A DNA stretch of 64,000 nt from Schizochytrium sp. TIO01. Lineage: Eukaryota; Protista; Bigyra: Labyrinthulomycetes. This document shows, in pieces, positions 24,188 to 35,850 of the stretch. Position numbers and translations under genes: made by a program. The notes beneath the pieces were generated by a model. The model made no database searches and had not been told where the DNA came from. It was given only the letters and a program-made list of their open reading frames with translations. The stretch lies in contig SMSO01000006.1 of assembly GCA_004764695.1 (NCBI GenBank), positions 883,859 through 947,858 of the forward strand, in the 5' to 3' direction. Position 1 is the stretch's first letter, and each line of letters starts with the position of its first letter.

Positions 24188-25291
24188 CTTGATTGAATTC
24201 GGTTTTCCGTGGACAAGCAAACCTCGCGCTCGAATCGACGGCTCCTGAGTTCGCGATCTGCTGCAAAGACAAACAATCGAAAAGGCTAACAAAAGCAAAA
24301 ATTCAATTTGCTTTTGGGGCTTACTTGAACAGTAGTCACTACTAGCACATACTACCTACTAATAGTGCCAATCACTCGCTTCAAGACCTTTAAATGGAGA
24401 CAGAGAGAACGAACTGATCCTTGTTCTGTTAATATGAAAACAGACACTCTCTAAGCATTGAACCGCAAGCGCCGGCGCTGCCAACAATAGAGAACCACGA
24501 GCTACGAGAAATTGAATCACTCAAAACAAAAGAAGAAAACATACTGCCTAGAACGAAACAAACAAAATAAACCAAATCACTGACCCGCTTTGCTTGTCTC
24601 GCTTGTGTTCGTTCATGTTTATGAAGATGTTGCGGAGAATACATTATGAAACCAGAGCCGCCTGAGCCGATCCATGTCGGCGACCTTAGCTCAAGGGAGC
24701 AAGCAGTTTAGAGGGGTGTTGTCTCTTTCAAGTGCCCTCGAATGTAGTAAGTACGGCGGTCTTTTTCATCCTCACAAATGCCGCATGCAGAGTCTATGTG
24801 CCATATAACGAATACAGTAGTGATACAAGAAAAGGAACAAAAAGAACACCTTTTCCAATGATCTATAGTTTTTACATTAAAAAAAGCGCGCGACTTCAAC
24901 TTCAAGTTCTTTAAAAAGAAAAGAACAGAGTCAAATAGAACAAGAATGGAATGAAATGAAATGCAAACCTCATTCTGCAGAACAGGGCTAATGCAAGATG
25001 GCCAAACAAGCGCTGAGACGCCGATGATGTTTCCGAAAAGTCAGAGAGGTGCGGCTCAGAGAAGGGATTGTTCTGTATTGTGTGAGACTCGGTGAAATTT
25101 ACTTCATCATGGCTTCTCATCTCAATAAACTCGTTGCCAAGGTGGAGGGACTAGCATTTTACATGCGAGTAGCTGGAATTCACTTAGAATTCAACCTATA
25201 AACTTTGCAAAGCTTGCATTCCGTATGGTGACAAAGTGAAGCTAAGGCCCAATTGCGGGTTAAAAACTAACCAACAACTCAGAGACAAGTT

Positions 25292-26419
25292 TTAAATCAT
25301 GTCCTTCGATAGGTACCGCAAATGGATGTATCTGGCAGCGTCGAAATCACGATTAGCTACGTGTTTGCGTATTGAGCATTTGAAAACCATGGATACTCTG
25401 AGCTTGTCTTGGATGGTGGCACATTAGCTGTATGCTTTGGAAGTGTAATCCTCTTAGCAAAGAATAAGTTTACACCAAGGAAAAATCTTGGCTTTGTGAA
25501 TGAGCGCTGGACGGGATCGCAAATGACCCCAACGACACATCATTCGAACTACCTTGCTTTTAATCTAGCTTGTGGACTTGTCGACCATCTGGAAGGTTTC
25601 AAATTAGGGTAAAAGAAGAACACAATAGTTTCCATAGAGTCAAAGTGCAACCTTGTGGTGAATCTCGGTAGTATTGTTCTTGAATTTTTAGGAGTGGGCG
25701 TAGGTATGTGATTGTTAAGGCAGTCTTGCCGTTTTTCTTTTGAGCTGGTTTGCCTTGGATTCTGCGCCGATGCGTCGACAGAGTAGAAACGTGGTCATTG
25801 TGTCTTCCCCTGTGCCCCACGCAATGGCCTGTCGTACATGGTCTGAAACGATTACTTTGTCGGAGAAAGTTTTCTTTGCAAAAACGAAAGCTTTTGAGCA
25901 AAAGTGCGGTTTTGCCTTTCATTCTGCTCCTGTCACGCGACCTGACCTCGAAGAGCCGGGATTTGTCGTTCATTGTACGAGATTTGTAAGAAGATCGAAC
26001 GAGAAGTTCCTTTTTGGCGGCTAATTCATCGCTCTTGATTCGACCAGCATCGAAGGCTTTGATAAAAACCAACGATTTCTAAATTACGCACAGCTTGTGG
26101 CACTTCGAAGACCCGTTCTGGCGCATCCGTACTTTCTTTTCTCCATGGCTACCATCGAAAATTTTAGGATTGCCTTCTTCGTCTTTCAGAACTTGTTTCG
26201 TTTTAGGATGCTTCCTGATGCATTCACCTTGATACAGGGCCACCGTTTCGTCTCTACCTTTGCAAAATTATAATAAAAGGCATAACCAATGTTGTAAGCT
26301 CTTCTGGTTACGCCAAAACATGTTTTGAGTTGAGTGCGCTGGTCTTTGATTGGATAAATATGAATCTTACTAGCACGGACTACATTACACTCCCCCTTGG
26401 TCGCCTTGATCGCCTTCAT
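25292..26419 (-). pseudogene. Decayed Fanzor2 / TnpB-family RNA-guided nuclease gene
   Basis: Collinear motifs across frameshifts and stops: KIHIYPIKDQRTQLKTCFGVTRRAYN, VFEVPQAVR..FIKAF, FEVRSRD, SFQTMYD..AWGTG..FLLCRRI, EIHHKVAL*LYGNYCVLLLP*FETFQMV, SKVVRMMCRWGH, EDYTSKAYS*C, VFKC...NRDFDAARYIHLRYL, stop at 25292. Confidence 0.85.
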
Positions 26420-28516
26420 TCCTTGCCTTGCAGGTCAGCAAGAAGGCGGGAACTACGACTTGCGCATCGCTTCCTCGCCCCTTCAGCAGAGTTTCAAGTC
26501 TATGCGCCAGAATGAGACAGATGCCAAGCTCACCTTTAGAGTAACCACTCGCCGTATACATCCCTAATGTGGTTGTCAATGCCAATAGAGGATGCATTTA
26601 AGGAGAGTTTTGCTTCGATGTAATCCCGCATCTGGGTTCAATCGGGCCACAAAAGGGAACCGAATACATTCCCCAAGAAACCCGCAAACCCCATCAAACG
26701 CTTCAAATCAACGTACTCCTCATCAAGCATCATAAACCCCAAACAAGCATTACTCTGCCTTTAATCTGCCTATTCATGCGCTTCCTTCCCCAGGTTCCGC
26801 AGTTCTTCATTTACATCACATTACTCCTCCTGCCACAGCCGCTACCGCTTCGCCTAACTGAGTCTGCAAGCCCCGCTTTTACTGCGCCTTCTACCCCAAT
26901 CCCTAGTCCCATCCACTTTTGTCTCCAGCCGCCTAGCCTCTAGCTACGGTGTATAGGGACCCATTCGGTGGGTACCTTTTACAGAGGAAAAAGCAGAATA
27001 GCGCGAAATAGGGCAAAATATGGCGAAATAAGGCGAAGTAAGCGAGGCCGTCGCTGGCAAAGAGGCCTCCCTCGTGCTCTCTGTGGTTTCTCCTGTCCGT
27101 TTGGGAGGCATGCTTAGGCTCTGCGGCGCGGCGGCTGTCCCGGCGGGCGGTTTTGCGCGAGACCCCCACGCATAAAAGCAGGTTGCGCCCCTTGTGGCAA
27201 TGCCGGGAGGTTACTCCTGTTACGCCCAATAGGGCGGGTGTGTTTGGGGAAGCGGTTCGAGTCCCAGGGCGTGCCGTGGGAAAGGCGTCGAGACTGCGCG
27301 CACTCTGAGGCAGTTCCCGACAGGGGCACTTCATGTAGGTGGGGTGTCCTGGTCGATAATGAGCAGCGGAACGCGTGAGGCTGGAAACAGAGCAACGAAA
27401 AGCAGGCCTGAGCTGTCAGCAAGTGTAACACGCGGTTGAGTCCGGAACCGGGTCAACATGCTCTGGAATTCATCTGCAACCCCATTTCTAAATCCTTCTT
27501 TTTATTTTCTTTTTTTTTTTTCCCTTTCTATTTCCTTCTTTCGTTTCCTGCTTCTGTGGTTCCTTGCTCTATGCGGAAACCGCATAGCGCTTTCGGATGG
27601 AGAGCCACGGCTTCGTTTTGGTTTTTCTTTGGCTTGCCGACGAAGTTGGCACATCATATGAGGGCATCGGGGTGCTGGCGATGCGAAGGAATTCGAGGCT
27701 CGGGTAGGTGTAGTATCTAAGTGTTTGTTTATCTCTTTTGCAGATGGAAATGGCGTTTGATTGCTTGAGGGTATTGAAAATGAGGGTGTATAGAACATGG
27801 GGAGAAGAAGTGCTGTAGATAGGTGGTGTGCTTTATTTATTTTTCTTTGTAGATTAGCGGAAGGGATGAGAGCAGATGCCTCTCTGTGAACTGATGCCCC
27901 ATATTGGTAGGTATTCACTCAAGGAAAGACACTTCCGATTGAAAAGCTATGTATTATCAACCAGCACAAACCCTTCGGGGGCTCCTGTCTCACCGAATGC
28001 GTTGGTAGTGGGCGTCCTGGAAGCACTTAGATCACGTTGAACAAGATGAATTGATCATAACTCTCCCTTTGTGCACATGAATTTATTTTAGGTTTTACGC
28101 GCAATTCCATCTTGAGAGGCAAGTTTTTAAAAACTGAAAATAAGACATGTATCATGAGGGAGCGAAGTTTTGGAGAAGTGAAGTATCGGCTTTTTCGAAT
28201 GTAAAATTCCCATAGGAAAATCCTGCTTTCCTATGGATAGATGAATTTTTGGCATGTATAATTTGAGGATGATGCCCAAGCCACACGACTTCTGAGAAGT
28301 ATTTGACTTCCAGGCGCTGTTCAACAAAATGCAAGTGTTCGGCAAGTTCCTAATTCTAAACGAAACCTTCAATTTAGTTCTTTGCTTTATAAAGAAGGTT
28401 TTATAAAAGCTTTTCAATATTCTGGTCGTACTGTGGACATCGCATATTTGGAATGAACAGAATTTGGGCATCACGGAAGGCTAATCACTGACCAGCTGGA
28501 GAATGTCTGGGTGGAA

Positions 28517-28600
28517 AGATCTCCAGTCGAAGGAACATATAGACAAGACATTGCTAGAAATGTTTACGTCCAATTGTAAGTCCTCGAAGAATTAGGACTT
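28517..28600 (+). repeat. Dispersed repeat family, copy A (probable decayed TE)
   Basis: 28517-28558 matches the reverse complement of 45313-45354 at 37/42 nt; similarity to copy B continues downstream. Confidence 0.65.
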
Positions 28601-30360
28601 AGGGTTCATATAAAATTAGAACTAGAGAACTAGAGAACTAGATGCGTGGTTGCGAACCCAAGAAAGCCAAGAGCTGAAGGCTGACAGATGCATTCAATTT
28701 GAATATTATGAAATTTGGGTCGACGATGAAGGAGGCAAACTACCACTTCGTATTTATCTAATCTAGACCAAACTTTTCTCAGTCTCCGCGTTATAAAATG
28801 AGCCAGTCTGCTTGCAAGTGTAGCACATCGCTAGCTCTAAAAGCCCAAAGTCAATTAAGCCATCTTCAAGCCTCCCATTCTTGTTTTCGCTATTGATGAG
28901 TTTTATGCTTTAGCACTGGGGAGATGAAGGCAAGGTGTTTGGTGAGCATGGCGCGATGGCGCGATGGCTAAAGTAGGCAATGATAGAGTCTTTTGAAGCT
29001 TCTAACCTTGTAAATGAATACCAAGGTGGCTTGATTCATGCTTCATTTAGTAGACCATAAAACAATTTGATGTCTAGTACTCATAACTGAGGAGTTCAGG
29101 TAAAAGCAGATGCTCGACGACTACTCATTCGGACTTTCTCCTGACATTAATTTTCAAATCTGTAGTGGGGTTTTAGCTGATGTGTTCCCTTCGGCTTTAA
29201 ATCTTCGGAATCTAATTGTCTACTTAATTTCACTTCCTTGAAGACTTATAATATTGTGGCAAGGGATGGTCTAAAGGTTAAGCAAAATTATGAACGCATT
29301 GTATAATTCACCAGCCCATATATGGCTCATGCAGAAGCAAAGCAGGGCCTAATATCAGATTGAGGCGCAAAGGGGATAACTCAAAAGCAAACTTACGAAG
29401 CTGAGACTGTTAAACAAGCACCTTTGCTCCCTCAAGTAGATTAATCAACTTGATGTATCAGTCCTATTTGTAGAGTTGGAACAGGGTACATTATCTTTGC
29501 AACAATTTTCCTAACACAGCAACTCAACCGCCGACCGACTTCAGTTGTAATTATGCTAGTTTTCAAGGTATAGGTTTGCAGACTTTGTACATAGCTATGT
29601 TTATCCGATAAGTATATTGCTTTCGAGAGTCTCAAGGAGAAAAACATGCAATTGATCTACAAAATAGATGTACTTTCCCAAAAGGACCCCTCAAAAGTTG
29701 TTTTAAGGGGAGTTAGTGTTCATTTAGAGGCACATATTTCATTATCATCAGTTGTTTGAAGTGCCAAGAGCTCCCCATACCCTACCAAAAGAAAAACGAT
29801 CAAGGTTATAGCTTGAATAATATATTGTTCACTTATGCTTAGTATAGCAATGAGTCATTGAAGTTTAGGCTTGGTAGTATGCTAGCGCCCTTCGACTAAA
29901 TGTAGAGGTGGATGAATGTGTTGCACGTCATATCGATATATATACACATCTATTGAAATCAATTGTTGGGTGTATATGTACACATATAACACGCACAGAG
30001 CCCTCTATAAACTTGGACAACGTTAAAACAATGTCGAAAGATGAATCTGATCAGCTTTAGAGGTTGACTATGAAAATAAAATATATGAAAAGGGTTAAGG
30101 GGCGATGATAGCCTATGGTTTTAAAGAGTAAACAATCCACTGTCCTCGCAATTGGGTTCCAAGGCAGACTGGTTCACGCTCTAATTAGGAGACTAAGACA
30201 TACTTGATTTGTGCTAGGCATAGTTGACGATTTTAAGCTAACGCGCCTCTCCAACAACCAACTCAAGTTCCATCATACTTGATTCTAGCTAATGCGTACA
30301 TGCACTTTTGATGCATGAATTCACAACCACGCAAGTCTGGGTGATTAGTTCTGTTTCTAT

Positions 30361-30446
30361 GTAAGTCCTTAATGCTTGAGGTCTTGCAATGGAGCACTTA
30401 GACCCCTGGTAGTGTCTTGTCCACTAGTCCCTTCGATCGGAGGCCT
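30361..30446 (-). repeat. Dispersed repeat family, copy B
   Basis: 30413-30442 matches 45321-45350 at 28/30 nt. Confidence 0.65.
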
Positions 30447-32369
30447 CTGCAGACAAGCATAAAAGAATGTATATGCTCTCTAGCTAATAGCTTTGTTAAG
30501 TTCAGGTATGTTTTGGGGACATGTGTGCAAGCTCAATTTCAATTCAACACACGTTTAAACTAATGAGCGTAACCTCTTTTCGTTTCTAAAGCCTATTGGC
30601 CTCAGTGTTTTGTCAAGTCATAGCTGGAAAAGAACTTTCTTTCATTAAATACCAATGTTTTTGTCATCAGGGGAGTGAATATTCAGGTCTATACAAAAAC
30701 CCAATGGGTAATTCATCAAGAACAATGCAAATATCTCGGATAGAAAGAAACCAGTTCTAGCCTTGACACTTCAAATATGGAAGGATATGTTAAAAATCCG
30801 TTTATAAAACTGTTTCAAAGCATAGTCAGTACTGAATACCCTATCATAAACAACTATAAGGCGAGGCTTTGTGGACAATGCATGAGTCTGACCTATTAAC
30901 TGGGTATTATTGAAGTAATATACAGCTACTGTCTATTCAAACCAACCTAACCTAACCAAGCTCTCCTGGCATTATACATTCATTCCTGCCTGTATCCAGA
31001 CCCGAAACCCCAATAACCCATACATCCCCTTTCTCTTTCTCCTGAGTTCGCCATCCTTGTCATACGACCTCTGCACGCTTTACAGTACAAGCTATCCTGC
31101 AATAGGTATTCACTGAAGTTTGCATGCATTCCCAAGTAGAATATACGAATAATGCTAGTGTAAATTATCAGACAAGGCTTGGTTTACGTGAAGAAAGCAA
31201 GCAAAAGAGTGCTAAAAGAAATTTGATGCAGATGAACAAACTATCCTCTTCTAACAGAGAAGTTAGAGGACGCTACGGAGTTATCGAGACATGCAGAGAG
31301 TGACGAAGCTGTTGGCCGCGTTAAGGAATTGGCCATTGCCTTTTTATTTTACTTGATATGTCGTCAATGTAACAATCATGTTTCTTATGAAGCACAAACA
31401 AGGCATTCCGGCAAGCTCTATAAACTCACATCTCCCATCTTTCTCTACCCCTAGCATGATTCGAGCTGCCCATCATGATGATCCATCATCAGGGATCTGA
31501 GATGCTGTCATAGATATGCCGCCAAACGAATAAGCCCGCAACGGAGATATATTGACTATCCTCCAAAAGCTCCAATCCTGCGAAAGTTCTCTAGGCATCA
31601 TCCCTCGGCACTCTCTCCACTAAGGAGTTCGTTCACCCAAGCACCTTAATCTCCAAAAGGCAAACGGCAAATCGGGATTGCGACTCTTCCCCCACCTTAT
31701 CCCCCCAACGGTGTTAGAACATGATCAGCAGAACCAAATGCAAAGGCAGCATCCAAAGCACCACACGAACTGGAATTGATCAATCCAAGTAGAACCCACC
31801 ACCCTCCTTCTATTTAGCAGCCCTACTACCTTATCATCGCCCTAAGTGCTACCTATTAGGCAGTATAACTATGAAACTTTGTTTTTGATGTGAGGGCACA
31901 CACCTAAAACCTACTTGTCAATTTGATACGCTTGGTCCCTCCTATTTTAACACCATAGATCCGAAAACTCCTAGAATTTCCGGTGCCTGTCCCATTAGAC
32001 CTGAGAACCTTTTCGGTCAGGTGTTCTTAGTAAATATACTGTTACTGTGAGTATTAAGGTTTAGCATACAGGGACACTGGCATCTTCACAAGTACAAGTT
32101 TCGTGATTCTAATTTCCATGCTTTGTGTTAAATTCCCTAAAGGCTCGTCCAAGCAGGGCTCTGGCTTGCTCTCAGCGCCTCCAACCACGCCTGAGTAGGC
32201 CAGGAGTGCTTGTGGAGCCTTGGTGGCCTCCTCCTGCCCTTTCCTCGCCCTGGGAAACGTAGTTTCGGCCAATTCGATAAGGGGGTACCCTGCAACTTGG
32301 ACGTTTTTATAATTCTGGTAAATATAATACTGTTACAAGAACGCGAGTATCTCCTCGAGTTCTGATATG

Positions 32370-33450
32370 GGGTGGTGCAATCACCTTGTAGTGGCTTCTA
32401 TCGACAAAGGCTTCGGTGTTATACTCTGCCCCCCTCCTCCCTTCGCGCGCGTGTTGCGGCGAGGCCGCCGCCGCTCGGGCTGCGCGCAGGCCTGGGGCGA
32501 GTCGAGGCGGGCTCGGGGCGCCTTGAACGGCGATCGCCCGGCCTCCAGGCCCCCCGGGGGCGTCCAGAAAGGGCGATGTCTGAACGAGGCGATCCCTTAT
32601 GTAAAGCTGGTCAAGTGTGGTTATCGATCTTGCATAAGGAGTCTGACGCAGTACACAAGCATCGCGAGGTTGTCCTGCACAAGCTGCGGGCGCCATATTT
32701 TGCGAGCCCTCGGCCACAGTCCGCGGAGAGGGCGCCTTCCCGGCCCTATGCCAGGCGCTCCTCTGCGCTCCCCCGCGCTCCGGGCGCGGGGCAGGCCGCC
32801 GGGCGTTGCCAACTTGTCTTGCGGCGAGTCCCTTCGGCGCTCCTCAATTGTGTGGCGCTTCCACAGAGGGGAACCCGCACCCCTCGCCTCCCCTCACAGC
32901 TTTTGCCTAATACTGCGCCCCTTGAGAGGGGAATCTGCCCCACACCACGGGAATTTCGCCGCTGCTTTGTGATGCGCTGCTGCGTTACATCGCCTGTTCT
33001 GCGGCGAAACGCCCGCAGCGGGCACGTACCCCGGCGCGACCTGAGAGCGCTCCCGCTCGCGCAGAGGCCTCGAGCACGGCCTCGAGGGACCTCGAAGACG
33101 GCCTGAGCAGGGAGAGGCCGTGGTCGAGAGTCCTGGCTGACCTTTTACCCACTGCAAATAGTACTAGACTTTGAGCCGCTCCACCTGCACACAGATGTGC
33201 TCAGTAAGCTTCTAGGTCTACTTGTATTAAGCAGTCTAGAGGAGCCTTGCCCATAAGCACTCTGCTTTCACGCCGATCGCGGAGGCCCTCTTGCAGAGCG
33301 CTTCGAGCGGAGCACAGCGGCGGGAGAATGCATTCATTCACCAGTCGCTGCGCCTCCGCGGAGCTGCAAGGGCTGCCTGAGAGGGCTTGGGCCCGAGCCG
33401 CCTGCGCTACGACGAGTGCGGTACGAGCCGTTGAAAACTCCAATAGGAAG
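32370..33450 (-). mobile_element. Possible decayed Ty3/gypsy integrase C-terminus with chromodomain start
   Basis: GC-rich island with fragmentary, correctly ordered motifs: SSAEAQRLVNECIL (integrase-like), PRARKIWRPQLVQDNLAMLVYCVR (GPY/F-like), GAEYNTEAFVDR (chromodomain-like). Highly degenerate. Confidence 0.3.
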
Positions 33451-33911
33451 AAAGCGCGAGTGATGGCGAACTAGACAAAGACTTTTCTAGCAAGGTGGTG
33501 CCGAGCTGAGTAGTACTACGTGGCCAGGCGAGCCTACCCCACGCTCCGGGGCGCAGACTTAGGCAGCTTTGGCCGTCTGCTTCGGCATGGGGTCACCTTT
33601 TGACTTTGCAGGCCTTGAACATGTTATGGCACATGAACTGTCTTTCGTCAGGGTGTTGATTAACTCCTTTTCGTTGGTGTGCGCTTCCACTTTCTAATAA
33701 GAACCGATCATCTTCAATCCAGGTTGGAGATAATCAGTTCGATTCTCAGCCGTGCCGAAGACAGGCCATAGTGAGATCTGCGATACGCTTTTGCGAGCGC
33801 ACCGTCATCAATCGAGAGATTTGCAAGGAAATCTATTAACCGACACACGGTCAAAGTAGTTTCCATATGGCCTCTAGGCAGACGAGCAGCATTGCGAACA
33901 GGCTCAGGTTG

Positions 33912-33946
33912 GCAGTCAGTCAGTCAGTCAGTCAGTCAGTTAGTCA
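33912..33946. repeat. (CAGT)n microsatellite
   Basis: Direct run. Confidence 0.85.
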
Positions 33947-35719
33947 GCCGGCCAGCCCTCGTGACTACCGAAAGCAACTCACCCAGCTGTGACAACGTAT
34001 GAACCTGTGCAAGACACCACCGGAACAGTCACCAAAGTGCCGCGAGAGTTATCTGGAGCTCGACTTCACTTCCATTCAAGCGCTGACCAGAATAAGTAAA
34101 GATACTAACTACTACGTGCCTGCCCTTCATTGGATAAACTGGCGAGACTTGGGTGCGGTAGTCGCGGTAGTAGTATTGATTACAAGCAAGACATGGTTGG
34201 CCCACATAAGTTGCGCACACCGGGTGAGCTAGCTAGCTAGTTCTCTTACGGGCAGCGCTAGAAGTAGCAGATTGGAGGTCTGGAGCAAAGTAAAGCATTC
34301 TCGGCTCAAGACGTGGCAATCCATCTATCTTGGAGGCTTTCAGAACCCTGAAGACGCATCGCTTTAGAGCAAACGACAGCCACCGTAGACTCGTGCTTGG
34401 ACCCCACTTCCTCGACCGCTCTTCTTTTAAGGGGGACGAAGCTGGGTTGAAGGAGAGGTTAGGTACTTTGCTACAGCTGGCTGGCTGTCCATGATACCAA
34501 TCAATATCTTGGGTTCCGACGACCTCGAAGCACTTGGAGAAGATCTGCCTACGTGCCCAGGGCGTGCAACGATGAAGCTTCAAGGAGAGCTAAGCTAAGG
34601 TGGGGCTGGCAGAGCTCGGCCGAAGGCCCTGTGTGGTGGTATCGCCGATTCAACGGCAAGCGGCAATTGTACCGTTCTTAGCGTTCTCAAGTTGGGATCC
34701 ATTGGGTGGTCCCCGTCGCGGCATTGTAGCTATCTATACATACGCCAAGGAAAATGCTCTGGCGATGTACACAAAGAAACGAAAGGAAGCAGCCAGGCAT
34801 TTCTGCTTGACCAAACTGTCGTAAACTCATCAGAAGCACGTGTCGACCTGTGCGGGGTGTTGTCTGTAGCTCTGACAAGCATGACTTCCTTCGGCTCAGC
34901 CTGAACACGACCTCTTCAGCCCTACGTATACCTTGAAGACAGGTAAGTGCTGGATTCACAATCCTTTAGCACCGAGTGCACACCCTCGGCTGTATTTTAT
35001 TAGAAGCAGAGTTCTATAACTCGGGGCAATATCGCGCCGGATTCCAAGAGGCAAGTTAAGGTGTACGTGCCTTCACTCCTCGAGGGGTTTCCAGGCGAAA
35101 GCTAAGCCTTTGCAGGGTTGCAGATATCCCTGAGTTTATCTATCTACTCTTCATCCAGCCTCTGCAATTCCTAAGCTTGGGTCTGAGATACCTTTACGTT
35201 CCCTCGTCTCAGCTTCTGTGGCCATTCATGCTTTTCTGCAGTGCTGAGAATAGTCTCTTTAACAGAAGAAAAGAAAAAGAAATTGAGTTGTTTTTCTTTG
35301 AAGAGTGGTCAAACCCAGAAAAGATAGAAACCAACGCCAAGATAGACAGGCCTTGCTTCGCACGCATGCATGCACGCACGCACTCGCACAGCGAAGAGGC
35401 GTGGAGAGGACCGCGGTGGGTGGGCTTCCCATCGAGCAGCTTCATGTCCACCAGGTCTCGCTCTGCGGAAAGAAGGGCCCTTCGACACGGATATTCTGTA
35501 TCTTCTTGTATCTTCGCTGTATCTTCTTTCATTCATTCATTCTTTCTTTCTTTCTTTCTTTCCATTCATTCGTTTTCTTTCCTCTTTGATACGATTTGCA
35601 CATTCTTTTCTCCGCACCTTCTCGCGCCACATAGGCAATTCTCTAGGCCCTCGCTAGAGAAAGAAGGAATCACGAGGAAGGAAGAAAGAAACTTATTGAA
35701 TCCTCATTTCATTGATCGA

Positions 35720-35850
35720 TCGAACGATTGAAAGAATGAACGATTGAACGATCGAACGATTGAACGATTGAACGATTGAACGAACGAATGAATGGATGAA
35801 TGAATGAATGAATGAACAAATGAATGAACAAATGAGTGAATGAATGAATT
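35720..35850. repeat. Compound microsatellite (GAACGATT)n-(GAAT)n
   Basis: Direct runs. Confidence 0.85.

Noticed and set aside
25505-25535. VICDPVQRSF as the RuvC-I DPG motif of the Fanzor
   Set aside because: Wrong position and frame; the overlapping frame gives the expected MMCRWGH...HKAK segment.
26420-27440. IS607-type serine resolvase upstream of the Fanzor
   Set aside because: No YARVS or DRL motifs seen in the frames examined.
28900-30200. Decayed non-LTR reverse transcriptase
   Set aside because: Only vague hints (F*GVLLG, AKIMYP) and no unambiguous YxDD or QG motif; needs a profile search.
34270-34370. AP2-like fragment (SIYLGGFQNPEDA)
   Set aside because: Short, followed by a stop, with no supporting gene structure.
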